A DNA stretch of 64,000 nucleotides from contig OY968796.1 of NCBI GenBank assembly GCA_963695545.1, positions 1,056,001 to 1,120,000 on the forward strand, given 5' to 3'. The notes beneath the pieces are model-generated. The model ran no database searches. It saw nothing but the letters and a program-made list of their open reading frames with translations, and was not told where the DNA came from. The position numbers were made by a program, and so were the translations under genes. This DNA comes from Terriglobia bacterium (GTDB lineage Bacteria > Acidobacteriota > Terriglobia > Acidiferrales > UBA7541). Shown here one piece after another: positions 22,596 to 33,504 of the stretch. How positions within the stretch are numbered: position 1 is the stretch's first letter; each line of letters starts with the position of its first letter.

Positions 22596-24368
22596 ATGAC
22601 ACAATTATTCGAACGGCGGACGTTGATCGGCGCGGCGCTGGCGTTGGCCGCAGCGGCCTTGCTCGCGGGACCACACATCTACGGAGCACAGCAGGCCGCC
22701 GCGCCGCAGGCCACGGCGCCCGCTAACACTTCGCCGACCGGTGAATCGGCCACACCGCCGGTAGTGATCGACGTCGACGCCGCGCATCCCGGCGGCGAAT
22801 ACCGTCCCGCGTGGAATTTCTTCGGCGCCGACGAACCGAATTACGTCTACACGCCGGACGGCGAAAAATTGCTACATGAACTCGCCGTGCTGAGCCCAAC
22901 GCCCGTGCACATACGCTTGCACAACCTGCTGACGAGCGGCGACGGCACACCATCGCTCAAGTGGGGATCGACAAACGCGTATAGCGAGGATGCCGCGGGC
23001 AATCCCATTTACAACTGGACGATCACGGATCGAATTTTCGACGCGCTGCGCGACACGGGCGTCGAGCCTCTGGTGGAAGTGGGCTTCATGCCCGAGGCGC
23101 TTTCGACGCATCCCGAGCCCTACCGGCACACGTTTCCGAATACCGGCGTTAGCGGCATTTTCACCGGCTGGTCATATCCGCCGAAAGATTACGCGAAGTG
23201 GGGCGCGCTGGTGACGGCGTGGGCCACGCATCTGCGCGATCGCTATGGCGCCGACGCGACGCGCGGTTGGCTGTGGGAAGTCTGGAACGAGCCGGACATC
23301 GGATATTGGCACGGCACGCCCGAAGAGTACGACCGTTTGTACGACGTGACCTCGGCCGCGATCCGCAGCGTGCTGCCCGACGCGAAAATCGGCGGCCCTG
23401 ATTCGACCGGCCCCGGCGGTGAGCGCGCGTCGGCGTTTCTCACACAGTTCCTCACGCATTGCAGCAAGGGCGTGAATTCCGCGACGGGCGGCGTTGGTGC
23501 GCCACTCGACTTCATCAGTTTTCATCCGAAGGGCGCGCCGAAAATGGTCGATGGGCACGTGCAGATGGGCATTCGGAATCAACTCGCTGCGATGGATCGC
23601 GGAATGAAAATCGTGGCCTCGTTTCCGGAGTACCACAACACGCCGATCATCCTGGGCGAAAGCGATCCGGAGGGATGCGGCGCGTGCTCACTGGCCACAA
23701 ATCCCGTCGAGGCGTATCGCAACGGGCCGCTCTACGGAGTTTATGTGGCGGATGCCGAGGCGCGCACGTATGAGCTCGCGCGGAAAAATGGCGTGAACCT
23801 CGAAGGTTCGGTCACTTGGGCGCTCGAATTCGAGGGCCAGCCATATTTCGCGGGATATCGCGATTTAGCCACGAACGGCGTGGATAAAGCCGTGCTCAAC
23901 GTTTTCCGAATGCTGGGAATGCTCAAGGGCAATTGGCTGCCGGTCACAAGCTCCGGCGGATTACCGGTCGAAGATATTTTGGCGAACGGCGTGACGGGCG
24001 CGCCGGACGTGAACGCCATCGCGACGCGCGCGGACAGCGAAGTGGACGTGCTGGTCTGGAATTACCACGATGACGACGTGAAAGCGTCCGCAGCCAGCGT
24101 ACAAATTCACGTGGATGGGTTGCAGAAAAAACAGGTAAGCGTCGAACAATTTCGTATGGATGAAACTCACAGCAACGCGTATCGCGCCTGGCTCGACATG
24201 GGTTCGCCCGCCTCACCGACGGCGGAGCAGCAAACGGCGCTCGAGCGCGCGGGTGGACTGGCGGCACTTGGAAATCTGCAAGAACTGAAGGTTAAGGGCG
24301 GAACATTGACGCTGCCGCTTGAACTTCCCCGGCAGGGCGTGGAACTCGTGCGAATCAGTTGGCGATGA
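22596..24368 (+). CDS. GH39 family beta-xylosidase/alpha-L-iduronidase-like hydrolase
   Basis: Signal peptide, RLHNLL, GFMP, WEVWNEPD (acid/base), ISFHPKG, GESDP. Confidence 0.9.
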   Translation: MTQLFERRTLIGAALALAAAALLAGPHIYGAQQAAAPQATAPANTSPTGESATPPVVIDVDAAHPGGEYRPAWNFFGADEPNYVYTPDGEKLLHELAVLSPTPVHIRLHNLLTSGDGTPSLKWGSTNAYSEDAAGNPIYNWTITDRIFDALRDTGVEPLVEVGFMPEALSTHPEPYRHTFPNTGVSGIFTGWSYPPKDYAKWGALVTAWATHLRDRYGADATRGWLWEVWNEPDIGYWHGTPEEYDRLYDVTSAAIRSVLPDAKIGGPDSTGPGGERASAFLTQFLTHCSKGVNSATGGVGAPLDFISFHPKGAPKMVDGHVQMGIRNQLAAMDRGMKIVASFPEYHNTPIILGESDPEGCGACSLATNPVEAYRNGPLYGVYVADAEARTYELARKNGVNLEGSVTWALEFEGQPYFAGYRDLATNGVDKAVLNVFRMLGMLKGNWLPVTSSGGLPVEDILANGVTGAPDVNAIATRADSEVDVLVWNYHDDDVKASAASVQIHVDGLQKKQVSVEQFRMDETHSNAYRAWLDMGSPASPTAEQQTALERAGGLAALGNLQELKVKGGTLTLPLELPRQGVELVRISWR

Positions 24369-24407
24369 GGCCGATGAGACGTGACGGCGTCTCGCGACGC
24401 GCGATCG

Positions 24408-26342
<1,935 letters not shown>

Positions 26343-26576
26343 GGCTTTCCTCGCCTGCGGGGAGAAGAGAACTATAGTCCGCCCAAGCCCGCGACAACCC
26401 CGCGCCCTGCTTCGGGCGTCTTCCCAATATAAAACAAATCTACACGCACGCCACGACTTCGTGCCTGCCCGTAGCCTGCTAGATACTTAGATGCGCCAAC
26501 CCGCAAGAGGTCACCCGCATCCGGTTGAACCGAGACGTGAGACGAGCCGCGGAAATCGCGGTCGTATCCCTCGGCG

Positions 26577-28109
26577 TCACAACAACTCCTCCTCGATCAC
26601 CACCCCAACTTCGGTCCCTGCCGCCGCGGCGAATTCCGCTGCCACCGGAAACCCCCGCGCCCAAACAATCGCGCCGGCACTGGTAAGCACCGGCCAGCCT
26701 GCGCGATCGCGTCGTGAAATGCGCGACTCGAGCAGCAGCCGTTTCAACTTGCGATTATGCCGCCGCCCGGAAGGACGAAACGTATCACCCGGAAGCCAGC
26801 TCCTCACCACCAGCGGAGAGCGCAACCGATCCCGGTCGAGTGCAATCTGCCCAACTCTAGTTTCGCCCGTGGCTCGCGGCCAGTCAATCAATTTGAGCCG
26901 GAGTCGCCGGCCGATTTCGGGGACCGCGACCTCGGCCGATTGCGCGCCTTCAATTTGAACCGGATACTCGAAACGCGAGGCTTCGCGAGATGCGGCCGCG
27001 GCCCGCGACTCGGTGCTGTCCGCGGGCACCGCGAAAAAGCGGACCATGTCAAAATTGCGCTCCACGCGCACGCCCGGCAGGTGTGTTTCTGCGCCGCTCG
27101 GCGATCTCTCTTGCTGGCCCGCGCCATCCGAGTGAGAACTTCTCGCGAGGCGCAGCACCTGATCGGTGTGGCGTGCCGTGAGTCCCATGCGATCACCGCG
27201 CAATTCTTGATAAATCCGCCGCACCAAGCGCCGCGAAAATGCCGCGGAGGCGAAAGCGGCGCCGACGCCGGGGGCGGCGCCCGGAGCGGCGCCCGGAATC
27301 GCAAAACCGGCTGGCTCGAGCAAGTCGGCCGCGCGAATCGAGATCGTGCCCGAAGCTTCGCGCTGCGTCTTGCTTTGAAACGCTGCGGCAACCCACGAAT
27401 CCCAGAACGCTTCTTCGTCTGCCGCCAGCGACGCGAGCCGGCACAACTGCGCCACCATCTGCGGCTCGAAATCTTTTTCGAGAAACGGCAGCAGCCGATG
27501 CCGGATGCGCGCGCGCAGGCGCGTGGTGTCTTCGTTCGTCGAATCCTCGCGCCACGGTTGCCCTGCGGTCACCAAGTACTCGCGCAATTCACGCCGGCGA
27601 ATTTCAAGCAGAGGCCGGACGATCGTCCCAAAGACGGGATGAATCCCCGCAAGTCCGGTCAGTCCCGTGCCGCGCACCAGATGCGCCAGCACGGTTTCAG
27701 CCTGATCGTCGGCCGTGTGCGCAACAGCCACACGTGTCGCGCGGCCTTGCGCGACGACTTGATCGAAAAATTGATAGCGCAGCCTGCGCGCGGCGTCTTC
27801 GAGATTCCAGCTTTTCTGGCGCGCGACCCCGCGCACATCCTGCGCGCTTACTTCACAAGCCGCGCCGAGTGCCGCCGCCAATTCTTCGACAAAACGCTGA
27901 TCGGCATCCGCGTCGGCGCCGCGAAGCTGGTGATTGAAATGCAAAACCAGAAGACCAATGCCCAGCCGGTCGCGCAATTCCAGCAAAATCCGCAACAGCG
28001 CGACCGAATCGGCGCCGCCGGAAACGGCAACGCCCAACGTATCGCCGGCGCGCACCATCCGCTGCCGCGAAACGCTATCGAGAATCCGCGATTGAATTGA
28101 GGATTGCAT
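26577..28109 (-). CDS. tilS: tRNA(Ile)-lysidine synthetase
   Basis: AVSGGADS PP-loop, AHTADDQAETVL, RPLL, EDSTN, C-terminal TilS domain; probable start ATG 28109. Confidence 0.95.
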   Translation of the reverse strand: MQSSIQSRILDSVSRQRMVRAGDTLGVAVSGGADSVALLRILLELRDRLGIGLLVLHFNHQLRGADADADQRFVEELAAALGAACEVSAQDVRGVARQKSWNLEDAARRLRYQFFDQVVAQGRATRVAVAHTADDQAETVLAHLVRGTGLTGLAGIHPVFGTIVRPLLEIRRRELREYLVTAGQPWREDSTNEDTTRLRARIRHRLLPFLEKDFEPQMVAQLCRLASLAADEEAFWDSWVAAAFQSKTQREASGTISIRAADLLEPAGFAIPGAAPGAAPGVGAAFASAAFSRRLVRRIYQELRGDRMGLTARHTDQVLRLARSSHSDGAGQQERSPSGAETHLPGVRVERNFDMVRFFAVPADSTESRAAAASREASRFEYPVQIEGAQSAEVAVPEIGRRLRLKLIDWPRATGETRVGQIALDRDRLRSPLVVRSWLPGDTFRPSGRRHNRKLKRLLLESRISRRDRAGWPVLTSAGAIVWARGFPVAAEFAAAAGTEVGVVIEEELL

Positions 28110-28252
28110 CGGATAGACCCCGCGGCTCGCCCGCCAAATCGGGTCGTACGTATCGTAGCAGCCGGAGCGCTGCACTCACAATTTTAGGAAGGCAAGCGGA
28201 GGGATAAGCGCTTCATCTTTCCGCAAAAAACGGTCCTGAGAAAATGACGGAG

Positions 28253-28660
28253 CTACCTCTTTGGAATCTGACCGCTCATCAACGCGCGGCTCGAAGCAAT
28301 CCGATGATCCAGCGCCACGGCCGCAAAGTAAGCGCATCCGCCGCGTTCGCCCTCGAGCCAATCCGCAAAGCCGCGCGACGTCCATCCCAGCGAAGTACGC
28401 ACGCCGCCCAAAAACGCGTAGTAGAGGCGAACTGGAGCCAGCGCCGGACCGCTGCCGGCCAGCACCGGGCACAGGCGCATCAGTTGCAGCACGCGGCCGA
28501 ACTCGCCTCCGCTGACATTCCGCACGGTGAAACCCGTGACCGCTCGCGCTTGTCCCGATAGCTCCAGATCCCGCGATGCGCGAACCAACGCGTGGCAGTA
28601 GCAGACGAAAAACTGCAAGAGCGCGGTTACCGAGATCACGAGAATCAGAAAGTCCATCAT
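28253..28660 (-). CDS. Hypothetical membrane-anchored protein (135 aa), third gene of the peptide/7TM operon
   Basis: ATG 28660 overlaps the upstream TGA (ATGA); N-terminal hydrophobic helix DFLILVISVTALLQFFVCYC. Confidence 0.75.
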   Translation of the reverse strand: MMDFLILVISVTALLQFFVCYCHALVRASRDLELSGQARAVTGFTVRNVSGGEFGRVLQLMRLCPVLAGSGPALAPVRLYYAFLGGVRTSLGWTSRGFADWLEGERGGCAYFAAVALDHRIASSRALMSGQIPKR

Positions 28661-29376
28661 CGGTTCGACATCGGATCCGAAATCGGACCGGAAGCCGCGA
28701 CGCTGGCCACAGCCAGTCGCGCATCCTCGCCGACTTGCGAATAGGTGTAGGCCCACGCGGCGGGCAGGCAAATTCCCAGAATTGGCGGCATGTATTGCCA
28801 GAGTGTGATGCGTGGATAGAGATTGCACAGCGCATACGTCGCGGCAAATGCGCTGAAATAGACGCCGAGCGAAAGCACGAACTGAATCAGCCGAGTGCGC
28901 GTCTCGCGAAGCTTCATCACCGCGCCCCACAGAACGTAGGTGAGCACCAGACCCACGAAATAAAGATTCTGCGAAAGCTCCACCACAAACAGCGTCAACA
29001 TCTTGCCGTGCGACGCTGCCACAATCTTCAGCGAGACTCCCGCGGTGGCCAGCAGGATGAGCATCGCTCCTGCTCGAACGTATTTTCCCAGGCCCAGTTC
29101 AGCGAAAACGTGCGTGTACAAACCCATCAGCACGAAGAAGAGAAAGATTGACAACAGTACGTCGGAATAGAAGTAGAAATAAAAGTATTGGTGGGAATTG
29201 TAGCCGTGAGTTTTCAGGATGCCGTAGCTGACAATCGTGAAAACACCCGCTGTCACGATGTACAGATTGAGGGTGAAATATTTGAAAAAGGACTTGGAGC
29301 GGATTGCGCACACCAGTGCGAGAGCATCCATAAGGACGCTTGCAGCCCATAACACGTAATCAGCCGGACTCAGCAA
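28657..29376 (-). CDS. Predicted 7-TM integral membrane protein (239 aa)
   Basis: Seven hydrophobic segments with short loops; rich in Tyr, Phe and Trp; TTG start after GAAAGG. Confidence 0.8.
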   Translation of the reverse strand: MLSPADYVLWAASVLMDALALVCAIRSKSFFKYFTLNLYIVTAGVFTIVSYGILKTHGYNSHQYFYFYFYSDVLLSIFLFFVLMGLYTHVFAELGLGKYVRAGAMLILLATAGVSLKIVAASHGKMLTLFVVELSQNLYFVGLVLTYVLWGAVMKLRETRTRLIQFVLSLGVYFSAFAATYALCNLYPRITLWQYMPPILGICLPAAWAYTYSQVGEDARLAVASVAASGPISDPMSNR

Positions 29377-29403
29377 CCATGCCTTTCAGCAGCTGAGTCC
29401 GAC

Positions 29404-29430
29404 AAACTAAGGCCAACGAGGCCTTAGTTT
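29404..29430 (-). terminator. Hairpin (weak terminator or mRNA stabiliser) between precursor and 7TM gene
   Basis: Perfect 11-bp stem AAACTAAGGCC / GGCCTTAGTTT with a 5-nt loop, 7 nt after the precursor stop. Confidence 0.65.
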
Positions 29431-29437
29431 TTCAGCT

Positions 29438-29776
29438 TCAGCTCACCACCGCGGGCGGTGGTAGAGGCGGAACCGGCCCACCGATATTAGCGGTGAGTAC
29501 GCTTCCCCGGGCCGGCGGCGGTAGTGGCGGAACTGGCCCACCGATATTAGCGGTGAGTACGTTCGCCCTTACCGGTGGTGGTAGCGGCGGAACTGGCCCA
29601 CCGATGTTAGCGGTGAGCACGTTCGCCCTGGCCGGCGGTGGCAACGGCGGAACTGGCCCGCCGATGTTAGCAACGAGTGCGCTCGTGCCGGCATGATGCG
29701 CCGTCACGACCCCACCCATGGCTCCCGTAAGTACCAACAACGTTGCTACTACGACTACTGCGAGGTACTTGGGCAT
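29438..29776 (-). CDS. Secreted multi-core peptide precursor (112 aa; 4 x ANIGGPVPPLPPP)
   Basis: GGAGG RBS before ATG 29776; signal-peptide-like N-terminus; repeat cores differ only at synonymous positions, which supports this reading frame. Confidence 0.85.
   Translation of the reverse strand: MPKYLAVVVVATLLVLTGAMGGVVTAHHAGTSALVANIGGPVPPLPPPARANVLTANIGGPVPPLPPPVRANVLTANIGGPVPPLPPPARGSVLTANIGGPVPPLPPPAVVS
29453..29671 (-). repeat. 60-nt coding tandem repeat, four copies
   Basis: Cores at 29633-29671, 29573-29611, 29513-29551 and 29453-29491. Confidence 0.95.
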
Positions 29777-30150
29777 ATAGCCCTCCGAGAGAGACAACAA
29801 CGGAGGGACTATACACCGAACTGTGCCAGAATGGTACTAAAGTACTATTTTTTCTTCGTACGCGAACACCCCCGGCTTTGGCCGTCCCGGCGGGGTCTAG
29901 CCCGCCAAACCGGCCAATTGCCTGGAAATGTCCCGCTGTCAGGGTAAGAACACGGACCATCGCGAACAATAGTACGGAAGTTCTAATGGGCTAACGGATT
30001 GGAATCTCGTGACGCAGCACCTTCCTCGAAGCTGTGCCGTTGCGGCACAGAGCGCCCGCGGCGCAGCCTCCGCTGGCTCGACGAGCGTCTTCCGAACTCC
30101 GCGTGCCGCGCTACGCGGTGTTATCCGAGCTGTGCCCGGCTTTCGCGCGC

Positions 30151-30180
30151 TTGACAGTCACGGAAGCGCATCCGTACCAT
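30151..30180 (+). promoter_or_regulatory. Putative sigma70 promoter for the tRNA
   Basis: TTGACA-18 nt-TACCAT about 20 nt upstream of the tRNA. Confidence 0.65.
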
Positions 30181-30201
30181 GCATGTCGAAGTCCCGCAAA
30201 T

Positions 30202-30276
30202 GCCGGCGTAGCTCAGGGGTAGAGCGAGGGTCTCATAATCCCTAGGTCGTGGGTTCGAGTCCCACCACCGGCACCA
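30202..30276 (+). tRNA. tRNA with CAT anticodon, most likely elongator tRNA-Met
   Basis: Cloverleaf: GCTC/GAGC D-stem, CTCATAA anticodon loop, GTGGG-TTCGAGT-CCCAC T arm, encoded CCA. G1-C72 argues against initiator tRNA. Confidence 0.93.
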
Positions 30277-30286
30277 TTCTTGCTTT

Positions 30287-31270
30287 CTATCCCGGATACC
30301 AGATCTTGCGCTCGTCGCCCGCGACGCGTTGATAGGTCCAAGCTTCTTCGATGAGTCGCGGCAATTCGTAGCGCGGTCTCCAGCCCAGCAGAAATTTCGC
30401 CTTGGTATTGTCCAGCCACGTTGAGTGATAAAGAGTGCTGATCTCAACCGCCGGCAATCCACGTGTCCCGCGCAGATAGTCCGCCACGTCTTTGTAATCC
30501 ACCGGCTCATTCGTACAGATGTTGAACGTTTGCTGGCGGGCCTTCGGATTATCGACGGCCGCGATGATGGCCTCCACCAGGTCGGTTACGTGCACAAAAT
30601 TGCGCTTCACGGGCTTTCCATCCGGATCAAGCATCAGCGGCACCGCGCCGCTTTTCACATACGCATCGGCGCGCTCCGCTCCCACCAAATCCCTCCAGCG
30701 CGGCCCGCCGAAAACGTCTTCGCCAAACGAGAGTGAATATTTGAAATCGTCCTTCTCCATGATCCATGGAGCACGCAGGCAACATCCCGTTAGATCGTAT
30801 TGCACGTAATACTGCTCCAGCATGACCTCTTCGAGGACCTTCGATAGCGCGTAACAACCGGGATAGGCGGTGTGCTTTTGCTCCTCAGTCACCGGGATCG
30901 GGTGCGCGTAAAAAAAATGTCCAACCGCTCCATCCCCGCCAATCAGTATGAACTGCTCAAAAGTTTGGCTAACGCGGCATTCCTCGAGCAACCAGAACAA
31001 ACCCTTGACCGTTACGTCGATCACCTCGTCGGGGGTCTCCTTGCAAGTGGCGCAATGCAGCACATGAGTCACGCCCTGCATGGCTTCGCGGACCACTTCG
31101 CGATCGGCGATGCTGCCTCGCACAATTTCCAGGCGCTCGTGCGCACCAAGCGCCCGGTTGTGGCACAGCGCTCGAACACGCGCGTCCCGCCAATCGTCGG
31201 ACTCGAGGATCCGCTTGATGGCATGCGATCCCACTTTGCCTGTTGCGCCGGTGACAAGAAGGCGTTTCAT
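30287..31270 (-). CDS. NAD-dependent epimerase/dehydratase (extended SDR)
   Basis: LVTGATGKVG, YALSK, RNFVHVTDL. Confidence 0.9.
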   Translation of the reverse strand: MKRLLVTGATGKVGSHAIKRILESDDWRDARVRALCHNRALGAHERLEIVRGSIADREVVREAMQGVTHVLHCATCKETPDEVIDVTVKGLFWLLEECRVSQTFEQFILIGGDGAVGHFFYAHPIPVTEEQKHTAYPGCYALSKVLEEVMLEQYYVQYDLTGCCLRAPWIMEKDDFKYSLSFGEDVFGGPRWRDLVGAERADAYVKSGAVPLMLDPDGKPVKRNFVHVTDLVEAIIAAVDNPKARQQTFNICTNEPVDYKDVADYLRGTRGLPAVEISTLYHSTWLDNTKAKFLLGWRPRYELPRLIEEAWTYQRVAGDERKIWYPG

Positions 31271-31421
31271 AGGTCTGGACAGTCTACACTTGTTTCGGAG
31301 AGCCCATCGTCATCCTCATTTTTGTCCCGTTTCACTCGCTCCGTTCGCGTCAGCAACGGTTACAATATTTAGCGCGTTGCGCGCTCACGCAGTTTCCAAA
31401 TCGAATCGGAGGTTCATCGAC

Positions 31422-32990
31422 GTGCTGCCCAGCCGGCCGGTCCTCATATCGTGCTGCGTCATCTTATATTTTGCGTTTTTCACTCCGTTCGAGACGGTGC
31501 GCGCCGAGGTAAAGCCCGCGGCGCTTTTCAGCGATCACATGGTGCTTCAAAGCGGCATGCGCGTACCCATCTGGGGAACCGCGGGTCCCGGCGAAAAAGT
31601 CACCGTGACTTTCGAGAACCAAAAAAAATCCGTGATCGCCGGCGCCGACGGTAAATGGATGGTGCGCCTCTCCAAGCTCACCGCCGGCGGCCCCTTCGAG
31701 ATGACCATTGCCGGCGACAATACCATCACCGTGAAGGATATTCTGGTCGGCGAAGTGTGGCTTGCTTCCGGGCAATCGAACATGGCGTTCACCGTCTCGA
31801 AGCAGCACGCGTCTTACGCCGGCCTGCTCAACGAGGATCAGGAGATCGCCGCAGCCAACTATCCGCAAATTCGCATGTTCACCGGCAAAACGGCAAAGGA
31901 CTACGAACCTCAGTCCGAGATCGAAGGCCAATGGCTGGTGTGCAGTCCGGAAACTGTCGGCGATTTTTCCGCCGTCGGCTATTTATTCGCGCGCGACTTA
32001 CAAAAAGTGCTCGACGCGCCCGTCGGAATCGTCACCGAAGCCTACGGCGCGAGCACCGCCGAATCGTGGATCCGCCGAGACGCCATCGCTTCCGATCCCT
32101 TGCTCAGGCCCATGCTCGAAAAGTTCGACGCGCTCGAGGAGTTCTATCGCGACAATCCAAATGCCACCACCGCTCAAGCGCCGCCCGCGCCGCAAACCCT
32201 CAACGCTCGCCCCGGCGCTCCGGGGCCTTTGCGCGATCCCGTCCAGGACCAGCATGAGCCCACGGTTCTGTTCAACGGCATGATTAATCCTGTAATCCCG
32301 TACGCGATTCGCGGCGTGATTTGGTATCAGGGCGAATCCATCGTCGGCGGCGAATCCGGTGTCACGCTCTATGCGCACGTCATGGATACGCTGGTCACGG
32401 ACTGGCGCAAACTTTGGGGCGAAGGTAATTTCCCGTTCTATGTTGTGCAGCTTGCCGCGCTCAAGAACGTCAGCAACAATCCCGTAGTGCGCGAAGCGCA
32501 AGCGGCGGTTCTCTCGCTGCCGAACACGGGGATGGCCGTCACTATTGATATCGGCGATCCCGACAACGTCCATCCCAAAAATAAAGAACCGCTCGGCGAC
32601 CGCCTCTCTCGCATCGCACTGGCCAAAACCTACGGCCGCGAGATTGAATATTCCGGCCCCGTCTACGAATCAATGACCGTGGAAGCCAACGCCATCCGCG
32701 TTAAATTTTCCCACGTGGACGGCGGCCTGGTCGCCAAAGATGGACCGCTGAAGTGGTTTCAAATTGCCGGCGCCGATCAGAAATTCGTGGACGCCGAAGC
32801 CACCATCGACGGCGACACCGTCGTCGTGCACAGCCCCGAAGTCACCGCCCCCGTCGCCGTTCGCTACGCGTGGGACAATTACCCCGAAGGCTGCAACCTC
32901 TACAACGCCGCCGGCCTGCCCGCCGCGCCGTTCCGCAGCGATCAGTGGGACGCCCTCAGCAAAATCGCCCAGGAATTCACAGGCAAATAA
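31422..32990 (+). CDS. Sialate O-acetylesterase (SASA family)
   Basis: LFSDHMVLQ, GEVWLASGQSNM, GVIWYQGES, DNVHPKNK, LYNAAGLPAAPFR; GTG 31422 follows GGAGG. Confidence 0.92.
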   Translation: MLPSRPVLISCCVILYFAFFTPFETVRAEVKPAALFSDHMVLQSGMRVPIWGTAGPGEKVTVTFENQKKSVIAGADGKWMVRLSKLTAGGPFEMTIAGDNTITVKDILVGEVWLASGQSNMAFTVSKQHASYAGLLNEDQEIAAANYPQIRMFTGKTAKDYEPQSEIEGQWLVCSPETVGDFSAVGYLFARDLQKVLDAPVGIVTEAYGASTAESWIRRDAIASDPLLRPMLEKFDALEEFYRDNPNATTAQAPPAPQTLNARPGAPGPLRDPVQDQHEPTVLFNGMINPVIPYAIRGVIWYQGESIVGGESGVTLYAHVMDTLVTDWRKLWGEGNFPFYVVQLAALKNVSNNPVVREAQAAVLSLPNTGMAVTIDIGDPDNVHPKNKEPLGDRLSRIALAKTYGREIEYSGPVYESMTVEANAIRVKFSHVDGGLVAKDGPLKWFQIAGADQKFVDAEATIDGDTVVVHSPEVTAPVAVRYAWDNYPEGCNLYNAAGLPAAPFRSDQWDALSKIAQEFTGK

Positions 32991-33102
32991 CGTCTCGGCC
33001 CAGCTAAGACGCCAGTGTAGACCAGCGCATCACCCAAAAAATCGCGGCTAGCGCCCCCTCCTCGACGCCGCGAATCCGCGGGTCTCACTCGCTTGGGATG
33101 TG

Positions 33103-33137
33103 ACTGCGCGCCGGCGCCGTTCGCACCGGCGCGCAGT
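33103..33137. terminator. Strong hairpin between convergent genes
   Basis: ACTGCGCGCCGG ... CCGGCGCGCAGT, 12-bp stem. Confidence 0.55.
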
Positions 33138-33146
33138 TCCTCCAGC

Positions 33147-33437
33147 CTAAGCGTGTCGCCCTGGAAAAGTTTGCGCGGTGCTCAGATCCAGCAGCGTGTT
33201 GTAAAGCCAGCCAAACAGAAAGCCGGCAATCGCTCCGTCGATTAGTCCGTCAAATGCGCCAATCGCCACAGTGACGATCTTGTCCGGCGAATGAAACAAC
33301 GGATACACCGAGCCGATCATGGTGAGAAAATACGTTCCGTACGTCGGCCTCGCGAGATTGATTAGACCGACGAGCAGAATCGCCCCGCCCCATAAAAGCG
33401 CCGCGGCAATTGTGGTGCTCTTGATTGAGAGTCGCAT
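33147..33437 (-). CDS. Small membrane protein (2-3 TM)
   Basis: AAGGAG RBS; hydrophobic; ends GFLFGWLYN. Confidence 0.75.
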   Translation of the reverse strand: MRLSIKSTTIAAALLWGGAILLVGLINLARPTYGTYFLTMIGSVYPLFHSPDKIVTVAIGAFDGLIDGAIAGFLFGWLYNTLLDLSTAQTFPGRHA

Positions 33438-33504
33438 ATCAATTTTCTCCTTTCATGCGATGCTGTTGATCTTGAACATTTCGCCCAAAATTGCGCTCAT
33501 CGGG

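Noticed and set aside
29453..29671. CRISPR array or non-coding repeat; also the plus-strand ORF 29493-29696
   Set aside because: Variation in the cores is synonymous in the minus-strand frame, which has an RBS and a signal peptide. The plus-strand ORF is its antisense shadow.
29810..29830. Sigma54 promoter (TGGCAC on the minus strand) upstream of the peptide precursor
   Set aside because: No GC at the required GG-N10-GC spacing.
29860..29930. c-di-GMP-I riboswitch (GGCAA...GGGACG..CAAAGCC resemblance)
   Set aside because: No GAAA tetraloop stem or convincing P2/P1 pairing is visible; a cmscan hit would be needed.
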